From assembly GCF_030144855.1 (NCBI RefSeq), contig NC_082712.1, forward strand, positions 99,510,001 through 99,574,000: a stretch of DNA of 64,000 bases, read 5' to 3'. Positions 42,501-54,500 of the stretch are shown piece by piece. The translations under genes and the position numbers were made by a program. The stretch is from Hypanus sabinus. Its lineage: Eukaryota. The notes under the pieces were generated by a model. That model was given only the letters and a program-made list of their open reading frames with translations, had not been told where the DNA came from and did not search any database. Every line of letters starts with the position of its first letter. Positions within the stretch are counted from its first letter, which is position 1.

Positions 42501-45500
42501 GAGGGAACTACAGAGAAGTCATGGTCACCAAACAGAGAGGCCAGAGCTGATGGCAGGAAGACGCCGTGGAACGGGCCTGAGATAATCACAGCACAGAAAC
42601 GTGCCCTTTGGCCAACCCATTTACATCAGCCCTACACCCATCTCCCCTCTCTCACAGCAACTGCCCCAGATTCTACCCCTCACCCACACCTCGGAGGTCA
42701 TTTTCAGTGGCCAATGAACCGCCCTGCCCTGCATTACTTTGGGACCTGGGAGGAAAGAGGAAAACCCACACTGGAGAAGGTGCAAACGGGAGACAGACAT
42801 CACCAAAGTCAAGACTGACCCAGGTCTCCGAAGTTGTGAGACACAGGCTCCACTCTGACTGGAAGGAAGCCTCCAATATGTGCATCACTATTGGGTTCCC
42901 TGCACCAACGTGAATCCCGCGACAGTCTGTGGACCCCCTCACATACCACAGCCATAGGCCTTGTTTGCCTGCAAGGTGTGCGCTCCCTCTTTGGCAGCCA
43001 CGGTGCCGATCAAATGGCTGTATTTCTGTTTGTAGTTGGAGTGGGGAGAGGATTCCTGCGAGGGTCCATGCTCTGCAGACTGCTCCGCCTCCTTCTGCGC
43101 CAACTCCTGCGGTAGGGAAAACTGTGTCATCGTGGGCTGGGAAAAAGCTCCACACCTGGCTCACACCCTCTCATCACAGGCTGGGAATAAACCTCCAATG
43201 CCATTCCACAATCACAGGCTGGGAATAAACCTCCAATGCCACCCCTCACTCACACCCTCTCATCAGGGGCTGGGAATAAACCTCCAATGCCATTCCACAA
43301 TCACAGGCTGGGAATAAACCTCCAATGCCATTCCACAATCACAGGCTGGGAATAAACCTCCAATGCCACCCCTCACTCACACCCTCTCATCAGGGGCTGG
43401 GAATAAACCTCCAATGCCATTCCACAATCAGGCTGGGAATAAACCTCCAATGCCACCCCTCACTCACACCCTCTCATCAGGGGCTGGGAATAAACCTCCA
43501 ATGCCATTCCACAATCACAGGCTGGGAATAAACCTCCAATGCCATTCCACAATCACAGGCTGGGAATAAACCTCCAATGCCACCCCTCACTCACACCCTC
43601 TCATCAGGGGCTGGGAATAAACCTCCAATGCCATTCCACAATCAGGCTGGGAATAAACCTCCAATGCCACCCCTCACTCACACCCTCTCATCAGGGGCTG
43701 GGAATAAACCTCCAAAGCCATTCCACAATCACAGGCTGGGAACAGGTCCCCAACACCTCCCCTCACTCACACCCTCTCATCACAGGCTGGGAACAGGTCC
43801 CCAACACCTCCCCTCACTCACACCCTCTCATCAGGGGCTGGGAATAAACCTTCAATGCCATTCCACAATCACAGGCTGGGAATAAATCTCCAATGCCATT
43901 CCACAATCACAGGCTGGGAATAAACCTCCAATGCCATTCCACAATGCCTCCCCTCACTCACACCCTCTCATCAGGGGCTGGTAACAAGTCTCCAATGCCT
44001 CCGCTCACTCACACCCTCTCATCAGGGGCTGGGAACAAGTCCCCAATGCCTCCGCTCACTCACACCCTCTCATCAGGGGCTGGGAACAAGTCCCCAATGC
44101 CTCCGCTCACTCACACCCTCTCATCAGGGGTTGGGAACAAGTCCCCAATGCCTCCGCTCATTCACACCCTCTCATCAGGGGATGGGAACAAGCCCCCAGT
44201 GCCTCCCCTCACTCACACCCTCTCATCAGGGGCTGGGAACAAGCCCCCAGTGCCTCCCCTCACTCACACCCTCTCATCAGGGGCTGGGAACAGGTCCTCA
44301 ACACCTCCCCTCACTCACACCCTCTCATCAGTGGAAGTTGCTCACTCACAGCAATAGAAATAGTTCCTATCTGTATGACACAGGGGAGTGCGGGGAGGAC
44401 AGGCTGCCTGCAGAGGTGGTGGGGGGGGAGGAACAGGACACTTTAATAGGCGGGGAGGGGTTGTCAGGAAGGCAAGACCCTTGGGTAGGAGAGAGGGGTG
44501 AGAGGGGATGACAAGACCATGGATAGGAAGGGTTTAAGACAGGGGGTAGGCTAGGGATGGAAAGCCCCATTTGTAGGAGGGGGTTTAGGACAGGGACTGG
44601 AGAGAAAGTAAGAGGAGCCCACAGGAAAGGGCATTGAAAGCTGCCTGCATTGTTGATTTCAGCTGAACCCCTCAGCTAATAAGGGCAGCAGGTCGCAGGG
44701 ATGGCATTAACTGACCTGTGGAGATGCTCCATCTGAGAACCATCGGGAGTGTGGGGGTGAGAGCAGTGGGAGTAGGGAGGGTATTGGAGAGGCAGTGTGG
44801 GGGTGTATAGGCAGTAGGATGTAAGAGGCAGTGTGGGACAGAGTTGTTGTATGGAGGTGGATGGGGGCAGTAACAGAATGGGAGGAGTGAGGGGGGTTGG
44901 GTGAGATGTGAAATGCAGTGAGGAGTGACATGCAGGGTGGAGGTAGGGGTGGGTTGGGTGAGATGTGAAATGCAGTGAGGAGTGACATGCAGGGTGGAGG
45001 TAGGGGTGGGTTGGGTGAGATGTGAAATGCAGTGAGGAGTGACATGCAGGGTGGAGGTAGGGGTGGGTTGGGTGAGATGTGAAATGCAGTGAGGAGTGAC
45101 ATGCAGGGTGGAGGTAGGGGTGGGTTGGGTGAGATGTGAAATGCAGTGAGGAGTGACATGCAGGGTGGAGGTAGGGGTGGGTTGGGTGAGATGTGAAATG
45201 CAGTGAGGAGTGACATGCAGGGTGGAGGTAGGGGTGGGTTGGGTGAGATGTGAAATGCAGTGAGGAGTGACATGCAGGGTGGAGGTAGGGGTGGGTTGGG
45301 TGAGATGTGAAATGCAGTGAGGAGTGACATGCAGGGTGGAGGTAGGGGTGGGTTGGGTGAGATGTGAAATGCAGTGAGGAGTGACATGCAGGGTGGAGGT
45401 AGGGGGGGGTTGGGTGAGATGTGAAATGCAGTGAGGAGTGACATGCAGGGTGGAGGTAGGGGTGGGTTGGGTGAGATGTGAAATGCAGTGAGGAGTGACA

Positions 45501-48500
45501 TGCAGGGTGGAGGTAGGGGTGGGTTGGGTGAGATGTGAAATGCAGTGAGGAGTGACATGCAGGGTGGAGGTAGGGGGGGGTTGGGTGAGATGTGAAATGC
45601 AGTGAGGAGTGACATGCAGGGTGGAGGTAGGGGTGGGTTGGGTGAGATGTGAAATGCAGTGAGGAGTGACATGCAGGGTGGAGGTAGGGGGGGGTTGGGT
45701 GAGATGTGAAATGCAGTGAGGAGTGACATGCAGGGTGGAGGTAGGGGTGGGTTGGGTGAGATGTGAAATGCAGTGAGGAGTGACATGCAGGGTGGAGGTA
45801 GGGGGGGGTTGGGTGAGATGTGAAATGCAGTGAGGAGTGACATGCAGGGTGGAGGTAGGGGGGGGTTGGGTGGATTGACAGGGCTGGTGGGCAATGAGGG
45901 GTGAGAAAGTGGGACGGGAGGCGGGTGGGGTCAGATTGGGGGAAGGAGTGTTCCTGACTTTCATTACCTTGCTACGCTTTCTCTCCTCGGCTCTCTGAGG
46001 GTCCCACTCCTCTCCACTCCGGTATGCCTCCAGCTCCTCATCTGAAGGAGCAAATTCCTAGAAAGAGGTAAAGAGTCAGATTTGTAAAGCACAGAGGCAG
46101 CCTCTTCAGCCCACTATGTCCACACAGACAATCTTTCAGCAGGGGTACAGTCCCAGTTGTCTGGATTAGGACCGCATCCTTTTGCAATTAACCTGTTGAA
46201 ATGTCTGTCTAAATTTCTCTTAGTAACTGTATCCGATTCCACCAGCTCCTAATATCAATCACTGTATAAAAACACACATCACATTTCTTATAAATCTACA
46301 GCCCCCACCAACCATCTTGTATTTTCATACCCCTACCCTGGGAAAAAGGTTCTGACTCCTTGCGCTATCTACAACTCTATATACCTGTACCACGTCACCC
46401 TTCAGCCTGCTTTGTTCTGAGATAACAAGCCCAGCCTCTCCAATCTCTCTACAGAAATTCAGTCCCCCAGGGTAGCATTGTGGTCAATCTCCTCTGCACC
46501 CTCTCCCACGCAACCACATCCTCCCTGAACAGAATTGTACACACTAGAAGTTGCAACATCACACCCCATCTCTTACACTGACCACTAAAGGCAAAGGGTC
46601 TCCTCTCTTCTTCACACCCACCCCAATCTGACCTTCCTACGTCCTCCCAAGGTCCCTCTGTTCATTCACACTCCTCAACATTTGTTAGGCTGTGGAATTG
46701 TTACCTTTCATGTATTTTTCTTGTTGTTTATCTTTCCTAGGCTTGCTTGTATGTTTATATTAAAACCTATAAATGTATAATTGTTCAGTGATTCTTGCAG
46801 TAATTGAAACACGGCTAAATTTCTAGAAGCTTCTCAGTTTTTCTGTAGCAGGTTTGATGCCACTTGAATCTGGCTATTTCATTGGTTATTGTTACCAGTC
46901 ACGGGAATTTGTTTATCTTTTTTTAGTTTACGTACAAGATGACCATTACTGTGGCACTTCTGTTCTCTCTCTGCTTTGTTGTTGTGAGTGTGTGGGGGGG
47001 GAGGGGGGAAGGGTTGATAATTTTGCTGCCTCTTGTGTGAAGGAGTGGGGGGGCTTTGGGGTTCTAATGTTTCTGTCATTCATTCTTAGGGGTTTTTTCT
47101 GTTTCAAGGATATCTGTGAAGAGTAAGAATTTCAGGTTTATTGATTGACAAACAGTTTAGACTAGGCCCTTGCCCACCCAGCAATCTCCTGATTTAGCCT
47201 GGCCTAATTACAGGGCAATTCACAATGACCAACTAACCCACCAACCGGTACGTCTTTGGAATGAGGAAGGACACCCATCCCACATAGTCATGGAGGTGAA
47301 AGCTTAATAAAACAGTCGTAAGCAACACATTTTAACCCTGATTCTTGACTTTCAAACATCTTTATCACAAAAATATCAGGATCCAACACAACTTACCACC
47401 TATGTCATACCACTATCTGACTTCCCAGAATGCCTCATCTCACACTTGTCAGGATTAGCGAATAAATATGGAAAGCGAGGGATCACCCACAGCCATCAAG
47501 CCAATTGCACCCTCTGCATCCAGACTGTCCCAGCCCTGACAGTGCGCTCCCCCACTCCCATTCTCCCCCAGCCACCCCAGACTCTCACCTTCTTGAAGAT
47601 CATCACATATCTATTGTCGTCGTCCTCTCCGAATGAGAACGAGGTCAGCCCAGCCACCTCGACCACATCATGCCTGGGCACAGGGAAGCAGAGACACGGT
47701 GAGTGACGGGTAGCTCAGACCCGAAAGCGGCAGAGTGAGGGGGGCGGCAGAGGTACGAGGTAAAACCAGGACACAGTGAGAGAAGGGCACAGGAGGAAGG
47801 GGGGATCTGAGGGAGAGGGACAGCAAGGGAGACCCAGGGTGTGAGGGAGACACAGAGAGCAAGAGAGAGGACGGAGGGTGGAGCTGAGGGAGGTGGAGAG
47901 GGAAAGGTGGGGGTGAGGGAAGGAGGAGAAGGTGGGGTTGAGGGAAGGGAATGTGAAGGAGAGGGCAAAGGTGAAGGAGACATTCTTTCAAGAAAGAGTT
48001 AGATAGACCTCTTAAAGATAGCAGAGTCAAGGGATATGGGGAGAAGGCAGGTACATAGTGGGTGATCAGCCATGATCACAGTGAATGGCACCTATTGAGT
48101 AGGGAAAGTTAGAAAGAGAGAACAAGCAAGGAGAGAAAAAAGGGGGCTGAGGGAGGGGAGAGAGAGGGAGGAAGGTGGAGGCTGAAGGGTGGGGAAAGGT
48201 GGAGCTGAGGGAGAGGGCAAAGGAGAGACAATGAAGATGGGACTAACTTGGAGCGGGAGTTGAGGGGAACAATAGAGGAAGAGGGGGAAGGGGGGAGTGT
48301 TAAGGGTGCATTATCAAATAATTGACAGTGTTTAACTGCGTCCTCTGTACAGAAAGGCAACTCAATAAAGCTGGTGAAACACGATCTAATGTGGGAGGAG
48401 ATTAAATCTGGATTGGGGTGGATTTAGCATGAGTAAAGGTGTAGAGGGTGAGGCAGTGGATTAGCAGTTACCCTACGGAGCAGGTGTAGGGAACACGCCC

Positions 48501-51500
48501 TTGACCCAGGCACCCCTGTGCGCCAGGGCCGCACTTACAAGATGCTTCTCTCCAGCTTGTTCATTGGGTCAAATTTCTTACTCCTCTGTTCACTGCTCTG
48601 GATAAAATCCGAGATCAACTTCTCCATCTGTTGGGGTAGAGCAGATAGATTATCATAAAGAGAGCTGCATCACCTGTATGCCCCTGACCCAAGTCAGGGA
48701 GTTGTGTCGAAGTAAAATAATTCCTGTGGCCAGGCTGCACGTGTGTTCCTGTCTAGGAGGCTGGAACAAACCAGAGGACACTATGTGCTCCCTGACAAGG
48801 GACACTGAGACACAAAGGGTATGGATGGCACAGAGCCACGGTCCACACCGGAGGAGGGGCACTGTGGCCAAACCAGCACCCTCTGTATTGGAGCCCACAG
48901 GCCAGGTGAGAGGAGTTGGTGTAACCTGAACTCTCCTCAAATTACACTCCTATGTTCCACGTCCACATGTTGTTAACCGTATCTCTTACCCTGGCCATGG
49001 TGGTGTGGTTCTAGATCAACTGCCCAGCCCAGTGTGGTCTGGTGCTAGATCTCTCCTGGCCAGCATGGTATGGTTCCAGATTTCTTGGCCACCCTAGGGA
49101 GGTGTTGTTCCATCTCTCCAGGCCGGTCTGAGTGGTGTGGTCTAGATCACTTGGCCAGCCCGGAATGACATGGTTCTAGATCTCCTGGCCAAGTCAAACC
49201 AAAATAGCTTCCCATCCATTTCCGAGGCTAGGAAAGCAGCATGGTCACTACTGTTACACTGGCCTCGATGGTCATGGGACTAACAGACTTCCAGTAGCCG
49301 TTCCTTATATAGTTAGTTTGGATGGTAACAGAAACCAGCAACCACTCCAGATGAAGCCAGCACCAAGATGAAAGAGGGCTCCAGCACATCGGAGATGGTG
49401 GGCTCACCAGGGGATACAGAAACACCACCCGTGAAAAGCAGGTGTTTAAGGACCACACAATCGCAGACTGGCCAGGGGATCTAGAAGTACACCAACACAT
49501 GCTGAGCAGGTGATCTTGAACCACACAACCACAAGCTAGCCAGATCGAGTATCTTGCTGCCCAGGGCTAGCCAGGTAACCTCTATCTGGCCGGGGATGTA
49601 GAACCACATAACCCCAGGTTAGCCAGGAGATCTACATTGTGCCAGACCAGACAGGGTAGCATGCCTAGAACTCCATTAACCCATGCAGGCCAGGTGATCT
49701 AGAGCCATTCAACCCCATGCTAGCCAGGAGTTCTAGAGTCACACCACCCCAAGTTAGCCGGGGATCTGGTGCCATACAAACCCATGCTAGCCAGGAGTTC
49801 TAGATCCATGGCAGTCCAAACTGGACAGGAGAACTGGAATTACACTGCCCCAGTCTGGCCAGGGGACCTAGAACCAAATTACTACAGACTGGCCAGGAGA
49901 TCTAGGTTGACCTGCTAATCTAGAACCGCACCACTCCAGGGATGAACAATGACACATAACAGCGGAGTAATGCTTGTGGCCTTGCTGAGTCTATATTTCA
50001 TGTAGATGTGGAACAAAAGGTTGTTGCCCCTTTTTTGAGGATGCACATCTCCCATGGCAAGGGTTCTGAGCCAGTTGGAGATCTCCAGGAGAGAGGACTG
50101 GGTTGTGAGAAGAGAAGGGATATCAGGGACAAAGGCTCCAGCTCTGATATTAACTCACCTCTGGTGGATCATTGTCTGGGTGAGGCATCGCTACAGGTCA
50201 GCTGTAACACACCTAGGTAGGACGTGACAAAGGAGCTACTTGTAGGGAATGATGTAGAACAGAGTGACCTAGGGGATTCAGATCCATAGTTCCCAGAAAC
50301 TGGGAACACAGGTTGATAGAATAGTGTAGGTGTATGGCATGCCTGGTCTTCATAGTTTGGGGCCATCAATATAAAAATTGCACTGTTAAAACTTTACAAA
50401 GTTTGGTTTAGGCCACACTTGGAGCACTGTGTTCAGTTCTGGTCACTGCTCTTATATGGAAGATATGGCTATCCTAGAGAGAGTGCAAAATGCATTAGGC
50501 TGTTTCCTGGATTTGGCTGACTTCAGTTACACAGAATGGTTAGAGAGATTTGGATTTTTTCCCTCTTGAGCAGCAGAGGCTGAGGAGAAATGAAACAAAG
50601 ACATATCAGATGATAAGAGGGATAGAGTAGCAAGCAGGCTCTTTACCCCATGGAAAGAGTACCAGAAACAAGAGGACATCGTTTAAGGTGGAAGGAGTAG
50701 GTTGTAAATGGAATTTGAAGTTATTTTATCTACACACAGGGTGTTGATGACAGGAACTCACTACCAGAGGTGCTGGTGGAACCAGATACATTCTCTACAT
50801 TAGGGACACTAAGACAGAAGGATACAGTCCCAATGCAGAAAATGGGATTGGTGTGGATAGGCAGATAGTCAGCCTGGAGATGGTGGCCTGAAGGGACTGT
50901 TTCTGGGCTGTACAACTCGATGAGATAGGAATGTAACACTTGCCCAACAGGCTGGTATGTGTCTAGGGGAAAAGGAGATCCAGCCACTCTCCAACCCACC
51001 TCCCGTACACGCAGGTGCTGTGGGAATCAAGTTTATGCCGTGCGCACACACACCTTATCAAACTCACACCAGGTACCGTTATGGAATACACTTTAAGATT
51101 TTACTAAAACTAAGAGTACTATGCAATACAATATATATGAAGGAAAGGAAAATAAAGTAAAAGCCGCCAACTTATCAAAGTTCAGTCAGTTTAGTGCACA
51201 TCGTTGGAGCTCAACCATCGAACCATTCGACCCCTCGTCACTTTCCTCCGACCTCCACGTCCTTGCACCTGGGACCACCCCCGGTGGTCAACCGAGCAGT
51301 GCAGCGCACGTCCACCTTCCTCGGCGTCTCCTTCCCGCCTCCCCTGAAAAGACCGCGAAACCCCCAAGCTCCCAGCCCCACGAGACAAAATAACATTCCC
51401 CATTGGTCAACAAATGAATACAATCCCTATATCAGCAAGTCTAAAGCTAAACAACTGCAAGAGAAACACTTACATTACAAAGAAGCATTCCTACTCTTAA

Positions 51501-54500
51501 CAAAACAAAGAAGCCATTGTGATTAACATACACAATACATTGTACATTCTCTCCCCACCAGCAAATGTCATGCCCTCATGACATTACCAGAGTTCCCCAA
51601 GGCTTCTTGCAACACACAAAACCCAACCCAGGTGCAGAAAGCAACGACATAACTACGCAGAGCAGTAGAAATCACACTCAGTTCTCCTGATACCACTTAT
51701 GTCAACTGCTCCGGGGGGGGGCGCCTACTTCTCTGAGATCTCCGTACCCCTTCTGTTGACCTTTCTGGCTCAGACGCCGCGGGGGACACTCCTGTCGGAC
51801 CCTCATCCTCCCCCTCACTGGGCTCCCTCTTCACCTACGAACCCTCTGCCTCAGACACTCCAGGTCTACCTGTCAGACCCTCACCCCCTCCCTCACGGGG
51901 ATCCCCCCCTCACCTGAGAACCCTCTGGCTCGCGTTCGGATTCCACCCTCTCTCCCCCCCCAATGCTGGCTGCCTCTCCATCTGACCATCAACACCTTCC
52001 CTCCTCTCGCCCAACTCAGTATGGGAAGGGCCAGGAGCCTCCTCTTCTGGTACTGGAGCGCCAGCGAATGGAAACAGGGGCCACTCATCTGAGTTGTCAT
52101 CTTCTGAATCGGTATCCATTCCTGGGTTAAGGCCCCGACGCGGCTCTTCAGCAGCAGCCTCTTCCCTCGCTCCGCGCCCTCGCAGAATCCTTGCACTAGG
52201 CGCAAACTCCCACTCTGGCTCCTTGTCCACTTGTACCACTTGGCCCAGGAGCAGCAGGTGATTCCTTGACAGGCCCCTTCCCATCCTCAGGTTTCACCCA
52301 GTAAACAGGTAGATTCGGCATCTGGCTCTCTACCACAAAGGGGTGGCCGCCCATCGATCCGCCAACTTGTGCTTACCAGGGAGTCCCAAATTCCGTAAAA
52401 GGACCCGGTCGCCCAGCAATAACTAAGCAAACTTCACCTTTTGATCATACCTCCTCTTATTCCTCTGATTTTGTTTGGTAGCCGCCACCTCAGCCAACTC
52501 GTAAGCTCTCTGCAACTCCCTCCTCATATCGGACACATACTTTAGATAGGGCTTCCCGGGTAATTCACCCACCAGCCCCAAAACACAAATCAATGGGCAA
52601 CCTCGCTTCCCGCCCCAACATCAGATAATAGGGCGAGTATCCTGTAGCATCATTGCGAGTACAGTTGTAACAGTGAACCAATTGTCCAATATGACGACTC
52701 CACTTATTTTTCTGCCCAATCTCTAGTGTCCCGAGCATATCCAACAGGGTCCTGTTGAACCTCTCTGGCTGAGGATCTCCCTTTGGGTGATAAGGGGTAG
52801 TCCTGGATTTCTCAATCCCAAGCATAGTCAGTAATTCATGGATAAGCCGGCTCTCAAAGTCCCGCCCCGATCACTATGGATTCGCCTGGGAAGGCCGTAA
52901 TGAACAAAATACTTCTCCCATAACACCTTCGCCACTGTCGTCGCCTTCTGATGGATGATGTGGAGGGAGCTTCTCTCTGTGCCTGACCCTGGGAGTGCAT
53001 GATGGATGATGTGGAGGGAGCTTCTCTCTGTGCCTGATCCTGGGAGTGCGTGATGGATGATGTGGAGGGAGCTTCTCTCTGTGCCTGACCCTGGGAGTTC
53101 GTGATGAATGATGTGGAGGGAGCTTCTCTCTGTGCCTGACCCTGGGAGTGCGTGATGGATGATGTGGAGGGAGCTTCTCTCTGTGCCTGACCCCGGGAGT
53201 GCGTGATGAATGATGTGGAGGGAGCTTCTCTCTGTGCCTGACCCTGGGAGTGCGTGATGGATGATGTGGAGGGAGCTTCTCTCTGTGCCTGACCCCGGGA
53301 GTGCGTGATGGATGATGTGGAGGGAGCTTCTCTCCGTGCCTGACCCTGGGAGTGTGTGATGGATGATGTGGAGGGAGCTTCTCTCTGTGCCTGACCCTGG
53401 GAGTGCATGATGGATGATGTGGAGGGAGCTTCTCTCCGTGCCTGACCCTGGGAGTGCGTGATGAGATGAAAAGAGGGAACTTTTTACAGGGTCACCAAAT
53501 CCCTGTAAATCTCACCCGCTTCCTGAATTCTGCTTTCTGTTTCTTGTCCTCTTCTTGCATCTTTTTTAATCTGGCAGCTTGCTCTAGGTAGAAAACAATT
53601 GAACAAGGTTCCGTTCAATAGCTGGACAGTGACAACAGTGAAGATTGCTTCTAACAGTCACACCCACAGCGCTGAGGTTGTGCAGACCACCCCCCCCAAC
53701 CCCCAACCACCCAGCACCCTCCCACAGCAGCAATGTGTCAGCAACAGCAGTGATTCTGTACAAGGTTCACAGCATCTGACTGAGGTACACCTACCTGGAA
53801 CACCCAGGCATTCACAGTCCTAACACGGACATACAGCACTTGTTTGAACATAGGACATGATTGGAGACTAATAGGCCTATCGGCCCACAATGCCTCTGCC
53901 GTCTGTGGTGCCAATTTAAACTGTGCATCTGGCTGTAAATGGTCTATTGTATATTCATCACTCCCTTACTGATTATGTGCCTAACAATGTCTTAAATATT
54001 GCTATCACCCCTGCTTCCCCTGGCAGACTGCTCCAGGCACCCATGACCCTCTGTAAAATAATCTTGCTCCGCACACCTCTTTCAAACTTGCTCCCTCTCA
54101 GCTTAAAGCTACGCCTTCTATTATTTGGTATTTTATCTCTGGAATATTCTGCCTCTGCCTCTCCTCAGCTTATAAACTTCTATCAGTTCTCCTCTCAGCC
54201 AACACCACTCTAGAGAAAACAACCCCACTTTACCTACCCTTTCCTTATGGCTCACTCTCTACTCCACGCAGCATCCCGGTGGACTCCCCTGCAGCCTCTC
54301 CAAACCCTCAATATCCTTCTCGTAACGTGGGTGACCAGAACTGTACACTCTACTCCAGTGTGTCCTCAAAGTTTGGCCGTAACACATCTTCCCGACACTT
54401 ATACTCAACAGCCTACGCGATGAAGGCTTTGAAAAGCTATGGACTTGCACCCCTAAATCCCTCTGTATACCAATACCCGTTATTTATACTTTCCTTCTAA

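Noticed and set aside
43135-44330. CRISPR-like constant repeat with variable spacers
   Set aside because: Only two recurring spacer types, vertebrate intron, no cas genes. None of the arrays in the window has unique spacers.
44672-45964. 430-aa Pro/Thr-rich mucin-like ORF
   Set aside because: Translation of the 57-bp intronic array. It is in frame after SPAG7 exon 5 only if the intron is retained, and nothing supports that.
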